The notes under the pieces are model-generated. The model saw only the letters and a list, made by a program, of their open reading frames with translations, was not told where the DNA came from and ran no database searches. Below, one piece after another: positions 50,505 through 63,835 of a DNA stretch of 64,000 nt (the first letter of the stretch is position 1; each line of letters starts with the position of its first letter). The DNA is from Narcine bancroftii (Eukaryota): positions 349,866,001 to 349,930,000 of the forward strand of contig NC_091470.1 of assembly GCF_036971445.1 (NCBI RefSeq), given 5' to 3'. The translations under genes and the position numbers were made by a program.

Positions 50505-51349
50505 TTATCAGAGATTTTTTTTTCCCCAGTGTGGAAATGTCAAATACCGGAGAGCATAGGATTAAGGTGAAGCATGGTTTTTTTTAACACTGAGAGAGGC
50601 AGGTGCCTAGAACACTCAAATTGGGATGGTGATGGAAACAGATGTGAAGGTTTTGACAAGTGAACAGGCTGGGAATAGAGGTGCATGGACCATCTGCAGG
50701 CAGAGGGGATTAGTTCATCAGCAAGATTTAATCAAGTTTTAAAAATTGTTCATTAGTAAGGATCAGATAAATCACGAATTAACAGGATTGATAAACTCAG
50801 TTTGAAGATCTGCTGAGAAAAAAAGAAGTGACTAGGATTGACTTCATTAAACAAGAAAAAATTTGAACTTTTGAAATGTATGACTTCATTAGCATATAAA
50901 TTTAGAATCATATGGCTGAGTGATTTACAGAGCTGCCATTTACCTCAGCATCATTGTGTAAATCCACTTCAGGTGTAAAAGATTTGATTCTCCCTCTGTG
51001 AGTCATAATTCCATCTCGAACTTCCATTTACATGATGCCTTTTATGCAATTTGTTACTTTGCGAAGAAGGACAGATGCCAAATATGTGGAATAAAAATCA
51101 AAACATGCTGTAAACACCAAGATCCTTGGAGAGAGAAGTAGACTTAAGGCTTACAATCTTTTTGTCAGAATTAGGAAATAGAGAAATCAAAAATCAAAAC
51201 ACTGCAGATGAAATAACTGCACTCAGCAAATTAAGAAAGAGAAGCCAAACTACCTTTTTCAGCTTGAAGATCCTATGTCGGAGGGAAGGTAAATTAGTTT
51301 CGAATTGTCGAGAGGAAGGAGAAGAAATATTAATTAAATGTCAAAATTC

Positions 51350-52520
51350 ATAAGATATAGGAGCAAAAGTGGGCCAATTGATCTATCAAATCTCCTCTGC
51401 CATTCTATCATGAGTTAATCCATCCTCCCCATCAGCCCCACTCCTCAGCCTTCTCCCCGTAAGCCTTAATCAAATACCTCTCAATATTTTCCTTAAATAC
51501 ACCCAATGAGTCCATAGACTCACATTCCTCTGGCTCAAGATTTTTTTTCCACATCTCTGTTTTAAATGGATGTTATTTTATTCTGAAGCTGTGCCCACTT
51601 GTCTGAAACCACCCATCATGGGAAACATCCTTGCCTCATCTTCTCTGTCCAGGCCCCTCATCCTTCTGTACTCCAACAAGTACAGTCCAAGAGCAGACAA
51701 CTATTCTTTATGTGCTAACCCTTTCATTCCTGGTATCATTCTGATAAATCTTCTCTGAACCCTCTCCAAGGCCAGCAGATCCTTTCTCTATTAAGGCACC
51801 CAAATTGAACGCATATTCACCAATTCAGCTGGGAAGAAAAGTCTGCTTGCATTTACTCTGTCCTTACCCTTCATAATTTTGCAAATCTCCCCTCATTTCT
51901 GATTTTCCATGGAATAAAGTCCAAATCTCGTTAATCTTTCCCTGTAACTTAACTTTTATCATCCTGACAACATCCTTTAAAATATTCTCTGCACTCTTTC
52001 AATCTTAGTAATATCTTTCCTGCAGTTAGGTGACCAAAACTGCATATTATACTCCAAATTTGGCCTCACCAATGGTGTATACAATTTCACCGTAACATCC
52101 CAATTCTTGCACTCCATAAATACCAATATCCCAAATGCTTTCTTATGACCGTATCTAATTGTGACACTACTTGGTTAGTCCTCTCATACTTGCCTGCATT
52201 AAATTCCATTTTTGCAGCCCATTTTTTCAATTGATCCAGATGCCGATGACCAACTTCACATACAGGACTTTGACAAAGGCCTTACTAAAGTCCATGTTAA
52301 CAACAACCACGGCCTTTCTTTCATCAATTTTCCTGGTAAACTCCACGAGAAACACATTGGTTAAGCTGATTGAAAAATTCATTGGAAATTAGATTGGTTA
52401 AGCATGCAGAAAGTCATGTCGACTATCTCTAATCACTCCCTGTATACTTGTATATCCAATTTCTGAGGACATCTTCCAATTACTTACTGATGTCAGGCTC
52501 ACTGACCAATAATTTCCTAG
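51350..52520 (-). mobile_element. Nested decayed CR1 fragments
   Basis: gactttagtaaggcctttgtcaaagtcc (DFSKAF.KV) and CR1 3' tails. Confidence 0.75.
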
Positions 52521-53030
52521 ATCATCAGATTTGCTGATGTGAGAAAATTGTCAGTTGTGAGGAAGAAGTCAGAAGTTCCAAAGGACACAGACAAGATAAG
52601 TGAGTGAACAAGAGCAAGGAGGAGAAGTGATCTAAATTTGTAGATCAGGTCTGCTAGTGTTGGTCCAAAGGAATGATGGTGTGGCTTCTGTCAATGCTGC
52701 ACCTGTGGTTGGATGGAGAGCAGGTGGCTGAATAGCAGAGCGGACGGAGGTGACCATATAAAACAGGCTCCACCTCAGCCCCATGCTTGGATGACTGACA
52801 ACATCCTGCCAATCTGCAGGACTTGACAAATTCCAGAAATCAGGACCAGGGATGGAGGAGGTGCCGTGGAGAGTGGTCATCTGGATGTGTGGATTCAAGC
52901 TCAAGTGCCCAGAGACACTCTGCCGCTGGACAACATGCAATAACAGAAGGGACAAGTGGTGGTGGATGTGTTACGGGAACTCTGGAGGTAACGACATCAG
53001 AGAAGGCAGCATGATCATTACCACTTATTT

Positions 53031-53363
53031 GGCCCTTTTACATAGAGATCCCACTAAATTGGTTAAAGCCAGGTCAGGTTGGATTGGAGTGTTCACAATA
53101 GACTAAGAAAAGCCGGTTCAGTGCGACCTTTTACATAGGGACCTGCAGCATTATAGTGTTGGTGTCCTGGGAAGGCAGGCAAGCCTTTTACACCAGACCC
53201 GATGCAAAACACATCAGCTCTGATACTACCTAATTGGCAGGTAATTACCAGGATGAAAATGAACCCCCCCCCCCACATACCATGTTCTTCGCATTTACAC
53301 AGGTTAAGTGAAGCAGTAAAAAGGCGCTTAATTACTGTATTTCAAGGGCAGTGTAAAAGGGCC
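53031..53363. mobile_element. PIF/Harbinger-like MITE
   Basis: TIR GGCCCTTTTACA / TGTAAAAGGGCC followed by TAA. Confidence 0.7.
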
Positions 53364-53564
53364 TAACAGACTTGGAAGGGACTTTCTTACTTTTATTTCC
53401 TTTCTTTTTCCCCATTTGTTTTTCCAAAGGGGCACCAGAGCTAACCTTTCAGTGCACATGGAAGAAAGCTTTTCATTTTATCTTAATCCATGAGCTAGAT
53501 AAACATGACAGATGTTGAAAGATAATGTGGAAAAGGGTGAGGTCATGTTATTTGGTACCGTGTA

Positions 53565-53820
53565 TTTTTAGAATTTAATTTTTAAATTTAAACATACAGC
53601 ACGGTAACAAGCCCTTCCGGCCCCCGAGCACATGCCGCTCAAAAACCCCAATTAACCTACAACCCCTGCACATATTTGGAGGAAACCAGAGTACCTAGAG
53701 GAGACCCATGCAGTTCATGGGAAGAGCATGCAAACTCTTTATAGTCAGTGCTGGATTTGAACCTGGGTCACTATCCCTGTAATAGCGGTGCACGAACTGT
53801 TACGTTCACTGTGCCACCCC
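53565..53820 (-). mobile_element. V-domain tRNA SINE
   Basis: ggggtggcacagtga head and (taaatt)n tail. Confidence 0.8.
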
Positions 53821-53869
53821 GATTGAGACGTTGAATGTGTTGTAATGTTCTTAGGTTCATCTATTTCAA

Positions 53870-56434
53870 TGCAAAGGAGTATTGTAGGACAGACCAGAGG
53901 GCTCATCTACTGAGACTATATAAGTGTAGCTGACGAACGGGAAAGGTATGACCACACTCATGGGTTGTATTATAGATCACCTAATCGTCAGCGAGAATTG
54001 AAGGATCAAATGTACAGAGATAGCAGACAGCTGCAGGAAACATAAGGTCATAATAATAGGAGATTTTAACTTTCCAAATATTGACTGGGACTCCCATACT
54101 GTAAAAGGGCTGGATGGCTTGAAGTTTGTCATATGTGTTCAGGAACAATATATAAATCAATATATAGAGGTATCAACTAGAGAATATAGTTGATATTAGA
54201 GAATGAGCCAGGACAGGTGAAGGAAGTACAGCATGTGCAGGGGAAAATTTTGGGTCCAGTGATCATAATGCCAAGTTAATTATGGAGAAGGATAGGTCTA
54301 AACCTCGGACTGAGATTCTAAATTGGAGAAAGGCCAATTCTGAGGAAATGAGAAAGGATCTAGAATGCGTGGATTGGGATGTTGTTTTTGGTCAAGGATG
54401 TGTGATGTAAGTGGGGGGGACCTTCAAAGGTGAAATATTAAGAGTGCAGAGTTTGTATGTTCCTGTCAGGATCAAAGGCAAGTTTAGAAGGCAGAAGGAA
54501 CCTTGGTTATCGAGGGATATTGGGATCTGGTTCGGAAGAAGAGAGAGGTATAGGCAACGTGGAGCAAATGAGCTACTTGAGGAGTATTAAAAATGCAAGA
54601 AAAACCTCAGAGAAGAAATCAGAAAGGCTAAAAGAAGCCATGAAGTCACTTTGGCAGACAATGTGAAGGAAAATCCTAAGGGTTTCTACAGGTATATTGA
54701 GAGCAAAAAGGATAGTAGGGGACACAATTGGTCCCCTTGAAGATCAGAATGGTCAGCTTTGTATGGAGCCAAAAGAGATGGGACGGATCTTAATATTTTT
54801 TCATCAGTATTCACTCAGGAAACAGACACAGAATCATGGGAAGTAAGGAAAACAAGCAGTGGGGTAATTGAACCCATACAGATTAAAGAGGAGGAAGTGC
54901 TTGCTGTCTTAAAGCAAGTAAAGGTGGATAGATCCCCAGGGCCTGACAAGATATTCCCTCACACCTTGAGGGAGGCTAATGTAAAAATTGAAGTGGCTCT
55001 GGCAATAATATTTAAAGTGTCCTTAGCCACGGGTGTGGTGCCAGAAGATTGGAGGGTAGCTCATGTTGTACTGTTGTTTAAAAAAGGCTCCAAAAGTAAC
55101 CTAGAAATTATAGGCCAGTGAGCCTAATGTGAGTAGTAGGTAAATTATTGGAAGGTGTTCTAAGAGATCAGATATAGTATTTATTTGGATAGCCATGGGC
55201 GGATTAGGGATAGTCAACATGGCTTTGTGCACGGTAGGTCATGTTTAACCAAATTTTTAGAGATTTTTGAGGAGGATAGCAGGAAAGTTTACAAGGGAAA
55301 TGCTGTGGATGCTGTCTACGTGGACTTTAGTACGGCTTTTGACAAGTACCCACATGGGAGATTAATCAGGACACTAGGTATTCATGGTGAGGTAGTGAAC
55401 TGGATTCAACAATGGCTGGACAGGAGATGCCAGAGAGTAGTGGTTGATGATGGCTTCTTAGACTGGAGGCCTGTGACTAGTGGTGTGCCTCAGGGATCAG
55501 TGCTGGGACCCTTGATGTTTATCATCTATATCAATGATCTGGATGATAATGTGGTAAGTTGGATCAGCAAGTTTGCAGATGCAGTGGACAGCGAAGAAAT
55601 GTTTCAAAGCTTCCAGAGTGATTTGGACTAGCTGGGAAAATGGGCCGAAAAATGGCAGATGGAATTTAATGCAGACAAATGTGAGGTGTTATATTTTGGA
55701 GGACAAACCAAAAAAGGACATACACAGTACCAAAGTGTACACTATAACAGAGGGACCTGGGAATATAGATGCAAAGAGGCGTCATAGGTGGATAGGGTTG
55801 TAAAGAGATCTTTTGACATAATGGCCTTCATAAATCAAAGTATTGAGTACAGGAGTTGGGCTATTATGGTAAAATTGTATAAGATATTGGTGGTCAAATT
55901 TGGAGTACTGTATTCAGTTTTGGTCACCTAACTACTGGAAAGGTATCAATAAGGTAGAAAGAGTGAAGAGAAGATTTACAAGGATGTTACCCAGACTTCA
56001 GGACCTGAGTAACAGGGAAAGGTTAAACAGGTTCAGACATTATTCCCTGGAACTTGGAAGAATGAAGGAGATTTGATAGAGATGTTTAAAATTATGAGGA
56101 GGATAGACAACGTAAATGTAGTTGGACTTTTTCCACTGAGGGTAGGTGAGATACAAACCAGAGGACAGGGGTTAAGATTGAAAGGGGAAAAATTTAGGCA
56201 ACACATGTGGGGGGAACTTCTTCACACAGAGAGTGGTGGGAGTGTAGAATGAGCTTCCAGCTGAAGTAGTGAATGTGGGCTCATTTTTAATATTTAAGAG
56301 GAACAGGTACTTGGATAGAAGAGTAATGGAGAGCTTTGGACTTGCTTAGTGGGACTAAGCAAAAAAAATTGGTTCAGCACAGATTGGAAAAGCCAAAGGG
56401 ACTGTTTCTGTGCTGTAATGTTCTATGGTTCTAT
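53870..56434 (+). mobile_element. Long decayed CR1 LINE (endonuclease, RT and 3' UTR)
   Basis: YYRSPN, IIGDFNFPNIDW, SDHN, SPGPD, VPEDWR.A.V, QHGF, GVPQGSVLGP, KFAD; tail tgtaatgttctatggttctat. Confidence 0.95.
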
Positions 56435-56489
56435 CAAAGTGGGTCCTTAAGTGGGACAACATCACAGTAGTGGGTTAATGATGAGAAGG

Positions 56490-56990
56490 AACACATAAAA
56501 AAGATTGAAAGTGTTGAGGCATTGTGTCAAGACAACAACATCTCTCTCAATGTGAACAAGACAAAGGGGAATATCATTGATTTGACTTCAAGGGAGGAGG
56601 AAGAGTCCACCCCTGTCCACATCAATGGAACTGAGGTGCAAAGAGTAGACAGCTTCAACTTCTAAGGAATAAACATTTCCTTGACCCCCTTCAACAGTTG
56701 CACATTTGAAAGCAGGGCCATCCATCACAACATGGTATAGGAGCTGCTCTGCTCAAGATTGGAAGAAGATACAGAATGGTCATGCATATAGCTTTGGACA
56801 TAACACAACCTTTCATCCCCTCCATGGATTCCAGGTGGAAGTCAGCCAACATACTGAAGGACCCACCGCACTTCAGACACACTCTCTTCTCCTTCCTCCC
56901 ATTGATGTGTGAAGGTGCTTGAAGACAATTTCTTCCCCACAGCCATCAGAGTTCTGAATGAGCTCCACAACAATGCCATCATGCTGCCCT
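56490..56990 (+). mobile_element. Decayed Rex1/Babar RT 3' fragment
   Basis: CQDNNISLNVNKTK, INGTEVQRVDSF, aatttcttccccacagccatcaga. Confidence 0.75.
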
Positions 56991-57000
56991 TGCTTGGTAT

Positions 57001-57703
57001 TGTTACAAGATCAAACCAGCAACCACAAAGAAGGCAGATCACTCAGGGGTAAAGATGATCAATTACTTTATTAACAAAAAAGTCACCTTCAAACTTTAAT
57101 TCAAAATCCCCCCTTTTATAACAATGCCCACTGGGTACTATGCAAATTCCTATAACAGTGTAAAACTAATAAATTCTCCAGCCTAAATATAACATATGTA
57201 ATTAAAGTCTAAGTTATATTTCCAACTAGCCCACAGAAAAACTTGGACACAAAGCACATAAGACTCTCAAAACTTCAATCTCAACGGAAGTAAAAAATCA
57301 AAAACAAAATTCAGTTTGTTTGGTAAACTGAACCCAAAAGATCTTTGAGACAGCACAAAATTCGAAGTTGTCTTGTGGTGCTTGCAGAGAGAGGAACCAC
57401 TGGCTTGGTCCGGATTCTTCTGGCTGCCTTCGGAATGTTCATCCCTTTTAAAATGCCCAACATTCTAAACTGTCCTCCAGACCATGACTCATGCTCTGGG
57501 CCTCCTTCCACTTCACAGAACCACCCAGTGGTGGTTTATCATCCAAATCCAGAAATTTTTTAGATCATTTTCTGCACATGCTCAGCCCGTCTCCCACTCT
57601 CTCAGCAGTCCACCTTCACCTTGGCTCTCTAAGGCAAACTGTCACTTTTTAACATAAAACCACACAACACATAGGCCAATACACAAGACAGAACTCTGTA
57701 AGA
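57001..57703 (-). mobile_element. Gypsy solo LTR with 4-bp TSD
   Basis: GTAT-TGTTAC...GTAAGA-GTAT; AATAAA on the minus strand near 57070. Confidence 0.85.
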
Positions 57704-57739
57704 GTATTCATTTGTCATTTTTTCATTGTGACTCCATAC

Positions 57740-58345
57740 TCTGTAAATTTCAGAAGGAAGCCAGGGGAACATGACCCAGTCCTCATCGTGGCCTCAGTAG
57801 TGGAGAGGGTCAACAACTTCAAATTCTTGGGTGACAACATCTCCGAGGATCTGTCCTGGAACCTCCATGTTGATGCAATCACAAAGAAGGTTTCCCAGCG
57901 GCTATACTTTGTGAGGTGTCTGAGGAGGTTTGATATGTTACTGAAAACTTCTTCAATGTGGAGAACGTTCTGGCTGGTTGCATCACTGCCTGGTATGGAG
58001 GCACCAACTCTTACAACAAGAATAAACTCCAGAGGGTTGTTCACTCGGCCGGCGACATCACATGAGGTGGTGTCTTAAAAAAGTAGCCTCTATCCTCAAA
58101 GACCCCCACCACCCAGGCCCCACCCTCTTCACTCTGCTACCATCATTCAGAGGCACAAGGACAGATTCTTCCCTGCTGCCTCAGATTCCTGAATAATCAA
58201 TGAACCAAAGACACTGCCTTACTTTTCATGCATTATTATTTGTAGTTTTTAAATGTATAGTAATGTTGTAAGATGGTTATGATATGAATGTTTGCTCTCT
58301 GATGCTGCCCAAAAAAATTCATAATTTGCTCATTACAAATAATTC
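57740..58345 (+). mobile_element. Rex1/Babar fragment
   Basis: VERVNNFKFLG..ISEDLSW..HVDAITKK..QRLYF.R.LRRF. Confidence 0.85.
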
Positions 58346-58489
58346 TGAAAACTTGCTCCTCGAATTATACAGCTGTACAAATGATAAAGCTAACCTGTTC
58401 GACTGCTTCCAGAAGAACCCTTCCCACTGTACAAGATATAATATTTCCAAAAAAAAATTAAAACCAATGTTCCTTGCTCTTGCGTCACT

Positions 58490-59130
58490 AAAGGCCAACA
58501 TTCAAGCTGTTGGGAATGCAAATGGTGTGCTGAGCTTTATTGTGAAAGGATATTAATAAAGAACAAAAATGTCTCGGTGCAATTATTTTGGCTGCTGGTG
58601 AGATGTCTTGAAGTATTGTGTGTAGATTTGTCCTCCTTACATTAAACAGGATATCCCACAATAGAGGGAGTGCAGTAATGGTTCACTAAAGTAGTTCTTG
58701 AGATAATTGGCTCATGAAAATATATTGTGTAGTATCGGCCAGTATTCTCCAGAATTTAGAAGAATGCAAGGTGATCTCAGTGAAACTTAACATAATTCTT
58801 ACAGAATTTGACCAAATTGATGCAGGGGGAATTTTTCGTCTGGCTCAGGAATCTAGAACCAGGATTCTCAGTCTCAGAATATGAGACTGGCCATTTCATA
58901 CTAAGGTAGAAAGATATATCTTCACCCAGAAGTTGATGACTCATTGTAATTCTCTGTGTTGGTGGCCATGGAGGCTCAGACATTGAGATCATTCAAAAGG
59001 GAGTTTGTTGACCTCAACAATGTGAGGATGGGATACAGTGCTGATGTGAACCATTATCTTGATGAACGATGGAGCATACTCGAATGACCAACAGGCTTAC
59101 TCTTTGAACTAATTTTTATATGTTTATGAG
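58490..59130 (+). mobile_element. Decayed CR1 3' portion
   Basis: ANGVLSFI, agaagaatgcaaggtgatctc (RR.RGDL). Confidence 0.75.
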
Positions 59131-59156
59131 ACATTTAACAGTATTATAATGAGTCC

Positions 59157-60172
59157 TCTTTGGCTTGGCTTCGCGGACGAAGATTTATGGAGGGGGTAAA
59201 AAGTCCACGTCAGCTGCAGGCTCGTTTGTGGCTGACCAGTCCGATGCGGGACAGGCAGACACGATTGCAGCGGTTGCAAGGGAAAATTGGTTGGTTGGGG
59301 TTGGGTGTTGGGTTTTTCCTCCTTTGCCTTTTGTCAGTGAGGTGGGCTCTGCGGTCTTCTTCAAAGGAGGCTGCTGCCCGCCAAACTGTGAGGCGCCAAG
59401 ATGCACGGTTTGAGGCGTTATCAGCCCACTGGCGGTGGTCAATGGGGCAGGCACCAAGAGATTTCTTTAGGCAGTCCTTGTACCTTTTCTTTGGTGCACC
59501 TCTGTCACGGTGGCCAGTGGAGAGCTCGCCATATAATACGATCTTGGGAAGGCGATGGTCCTCCATTCTGGAGACGTGACCCATCCAGCGCAGCTGGATC
59601 TTCAGCAGCGTGGACTCGATGCTGTCGACCTCTGCCATCTCGAGTACCTCGACGTTAGGGGTGTGAGTGCTCCAATGGATGTTGAGGATGGAGCGGAGAC
59701 AACGCTGGTGGAAGCGTTCTAGGAGCCGTAGGTGGTGCCGGTAGAGGACCCATGATTCGGAGCCGAACAGGAGTGTGGGTATGACAACGGCTCTGTATAC
59801 GCTTATCTTTGTGAGGTTTTTCAGTTGGTTGTTTTTCCAGACTCTTTTGTGTAGTCTTCCAAAGGCGCTATTTGCCTTGGCGAGTCTGTTGTCTATCTCA
59901 TTGTCGATCCTTGCATCTGATGAAATGGTGCAGCCGAGATAGGTAAACTGGTTGACCGTTTTGAGTTTTGTGTGCCCGATGGAGATGTGGGGGGGCTGGT
60001 AGTCATGGTGGGGAGCTGGCTGATGGAGGACCTCAGTTTTCTTCAGGCTGACTTCCAGGCCAAACATTTTGGCAGTTTCCGCAAAGCAGGACGTCAAGCG
60101 CTGAAGAGCTGGCTCTGAATGGGCAACTAAAGCGGCATCATCTGCAAAGAGTAGTTCACGGACAAGTTTCTC
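59157..60172 (-). mobile_element. 5'-truncated young RTE copy with 13-bp TSD
   Basis: Open frame from LFADD to the C-terminal CNRC...HKRAC; TSD TTATAATGAGTCC at 59144-59156 and 60173-60185. Confidence 0.97.
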
Positions 60173-61457
60173 TTATAATGAGTCCACACTATTAAGAATA
60201 GCATGGTTTCCACTAATCCAGCCTTGTAATTTCACAATTTCTGCTTTGTTAATGGGACCAGAGGTTTAGTTTCTAATCCATTGCATCAGGTTTTCAATAG
60301 ACTACCTCATTAAGTATGCTAATGTACTTTAAGTCACTATTAAAAATAAATCAGAAACTTTGGGGTTAATTATTTGTTTTATTTCAGATTAGTAAACCCC
60401 TCCCCCCCCCCCTTCCAAGATTAAGCATGCATAGGCATGCAGATAGTCAGCATGGGAAACTAAAACAGAGCAACATTTTGGGTGAGACCCTCCTGAGGAG
60501 TCCATTAGAAATGCAAGCCTAATATTCATTTCAATAGTCTCATTTATCAACCCACAGTATAAATTGTGGCCCAGAATGCAAATGTGATAAATGCAAAAGT
60601 GATAAATGCCTCTTGTATGTTAAATCATAGGATTCTGTTGACACCGTGGTTAAGTGAAAAAACACTCAAATGTTGGAGAAACTCATGAGGTCAAACAGTG
60701 CCTTTATGTAGCAAAGGTGAAGATACGTGACCAATGTTTCAGGCTTGAGCCCTTCGTCACCTCTGTGCGGTTCTTCAGCCCATTGAACAGTATTTGGATT
60801 CTAGTCTGAAGAAAGAAAATTGTAACCTTTGAATAATCATTCTTCATTCATCAGAATTAAGATAAAGCACACTGGTACAAAGATATTTGAAATATTGGAA
60901 TTAATTCAACAGAGTGTTGATAAGTGCAGAGAAAGGTTTGTCTCATTTTAAACAATATTTGAAAGCTTTTAAAAATTAAGTAGCTTTAATGAATGACAGA
61001 TTATTTCTTCTGTTTGAGATGTCAATATTGCGAAGTGGAATGTCATCAATTTCAAATGATAACTATGAGTTGACAGGAGAGGCTGAGAGAAATTACATTA
61101 CGGAGACTTTCTGGGAGACATGTAAGATTCAAGATTCAATTTTATGTCATCTGCAAAAAATACATAAAAATCTTTCCTTTGTTTGCCTTATAAAGCACAC
61201 AAAAAGTCACTATTAATACAGCACCACTATCGAATGGCGATGTATTATGTTTTTTTCTGATGGACAGTAGACATCTCAGTTTTGTATCCATACAAAATTG
61301 TTCAATCAAGCAAGTTTTGTGCCCACCTCCTGCACCACCTTTCACCTTGTTTCTTTGGATTTTCATATATTTTTCTTAAAACTTTACTCTGAGAGTGTTT
61401 GGGTTAAACTCCATATACATACAATAGGACATAGAACATTACAACCTATATATACCT

Positions 61458-61834
61458 TCTTTGGCTTGGCTTCACGGATGAAGATTTATGGAGGGGTAAT
61501 GTCCACGTCAGCTGCAGGCTCGTTTGTGGCTGACAATTCCGATACCGGACAGGCAGACACGGTTCCAGCGGTTGCAAGACAATTTTGAGGGGGAGGACGA
61601 GGAGAGGGAGGACGTGGACATGTCCTTGGGCCTGCGCAAAGGAGCTTTTAGGTGGAGGGCAGTGTGCGCAGTACTGGCCCCACCCTTTACACCCATGGTT
61701 CATGTGCCGTGGCCAAGCAAGCTGGGACGTGGCAGTGAGGTCCTTGGGTCGTAGGTTTTATATCGGAGTGGCCTTCTCGTATGCAAGTTTTTTACCCGGG
61801 CTGGAGGGGCCTGCCTCCCCTCCTAGGTCAGACC
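61458..61834 (-). mobile_element. Bipartite RTE-derived non-autonomous element (GC-rich 5' module plus RTE 3' end)
   Basis: 61458-61577 matches the RTE 3' end. Flanked by ATACCT on both sides inside a CR1 tail. Confidence 0.8.
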
Positions 61835-62109
61835 ATACCTGGTCCTACTGCACAACAATCTAACCTTTTCCAACTTCATACCTACACCCCTCTATTTTTT
61901 CTGACATCCATGTGCCTAAGAATCTATTATATGTCCTATTGTACCAGCCTCCACCACCATCCCTGGCAATGCACTCCGGCACCCACCACTCTCTGTGTTT
62001 CAGAATGGCAGAATAAACCTCGGCCTTCCTGAACTTCTGTCTGTCAAGAATCGTGGTGAGGAAATTGAGTTGTTAGAGGTCACAATATTACCCGTTAGTT
62101 GGATAAGAT

Positions 62110-62342
62110 GTCATGATTAGCAGTTAGCACAACGTCAATGACCCAGGGTCAAATATGGCACTTTATATAAGGAGTTTATACTTTCTCCCTGCGTCTGCAT
62201 GGGTTTCCTCCAGATGCTCCAGTTTTCTCCCACCCATCAAAACATATGGGGACTGTAGATAAATTGAGGTATTTGGGCAGCAAGTGATTGTGGGCCAGAA
62301 GGGCCTGTTACCCTGCTGTATATCTAAATTTCAATTTAAAAT
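62110..62342 (+). mobile_element. V-domain tRNA SINE
   Basis: aggagtttatactttctccctgcgtctgcatgggtttcctcc core. Confidence 0.8.
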
Positions 62343-62556
62343 ACATAATTGCAATAAAACTGCTCTAAGTGTCTGTAAACTCTCAGTAGGGACAGAAAAT
62401 GGAGAGACTTTATTTTCAAAGTTAAGTAAATACTAAGTCTGTCTCATGGAAGAATGCTTGAGATTCCATTAGAAGCTCAATGGTTCAATTTCAATGAGGA
62501 CATCACTTATATGAATAAGATCTGTTGGGTTACAGGGCACACAGGGTGTTATACAT

Positions 62557-62706
62557 NNNNNNNNNNNNNNNNNNNNNNNNNNNNNNNNNNNNNNNNNNNN
62601 NNNNNNNNNNNNNNNNNNNNNNNNNNNNNNNNNNNNNNNNNNNNNNNNNNNNNNNNNNNNNNNNNNNNNNNNNNNNNNNNNNNNNNNNNNNNNNNNNNNN
62701 NNNNNN
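62557..62706. other. Assembly gap (N run)
   Basis: Run of N. Confidence 1.
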
Positions 62707-62894
62707 TGGTGGTTAGAGGACTGATCTTGTAAACTAGAGGTCGCAAGTTTGTTCCTCGATGGGGCCTCATTTCTGTGATGGGTGCTGGACAAAGTGGCGA
62801 CTCTCTGTCTTCCTTACAGTAGAAAAAGTTAAATAATTTCAGGTACATTACATTCTAAATGTAGTATTATGTGACAATAATGGAACTTTTACCT
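62707..62894 (+). mobile_element. tRNA-Thr(TGT)-derived SINE-like element (head 62707-62767, 5' end in the gap)
   Basis: gtggttagaggactgatcTTGTAAactagaggtcgcaagtttgttcctcgatggggcct aligns to vertebrate tRNA-Thr(TGT). It is followed by the tail shared with the 5S-headed element. Confidence 0.85.
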
Positions 62895-62929
62895 TTTAAT
62901 GGCTAAATATCTGATTTTTTTTTTCCAGT

Positions 62930-63835
62930 GCAGTAAAACACAAAAGTCGGCAGATGCAGTGATTGAAGTAAAAGCACAATGCTGGAGAAACTCTGCATGT
63001 TAAACAGTGTTCTTTATGTAACACAGATAGAGAATCATAACCAACGCTTCAGGCTTGAGCCCTTCATCAAGGAATGAGGAAAATGTAGGCAGCTGTTCAA
63101 ACAAACATTGGAACTTGAGAAACATCTGGATTGTATTCCAGAGAGAGCCAATTGATACTCCTGGGGTACTTCAACACCAAGGTCAGAAGGAATACAAACC
63201 TATAGGATGGTTGGTAGATGGGTAGAGAACAGGCTAATATCAATGGAATCCTCCTTCCAAATGCTCAGATCACAGTCTTGTCATAAATGTTCTTTATTTT
63301 AGTAAAATAAAGCTGACTTGGATATTGTAAAAAATGCAACACTGGAGAAACTCAGCAGGTCAAACAGGGTACTTTATATAGCAAAGATAAATATACATCA
63401 CTAATTATTTGGGCTTGAGCCATTCATCAAGCTATGAGCAAAAGGTAGGCAGGCCCCTGAACATTTTGGGGCTGTTATATATTTTGGAGTAGACTTTGAG
63501 AATATTCTTTGGGGAATCTCTTTCCATGGTGGAGCTAAGTTTCGGGTGCTTGTTTCACACGTCTGGTGCCAGGGTTGTTGACAATACAGACAATCAGAAC
63601 AGAATGAGAGGGTGTTCAATTATGTTTTGAGGACTGGCAGGATTGAAATATGAGGCTGCTTCACTGGAACTAAACTGGAACTAAACAAGTCAGTCTGCTG
63701 GAGTACAATAAAGTGCTGGAGAAACTCATCCGTAGCAAGTAAAAGACAGTCGACCTTTCAGGCCTGAGCCCTTCCTCGGTTACTTCCTTTGAATGCTGAG
63801 TGACCTGCTGTGTTTTCTCCAGCACTTTTGTAGGC
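62930..63835. mobile_element. Cluster of Penelope-type terminal repeat fragments
   Basis: Three copies of tgctggagaaactc...ggcttgagcccttcatcaag at about 62980, 63340 and 63715. Confidence 0.75.

Noticed and set aside
62707-62767. Functional tRNA-Thr gene
   Set aside because: Degenerate B-box and stems, followed by a SINE tail; the 5' end is hidden in a gap.
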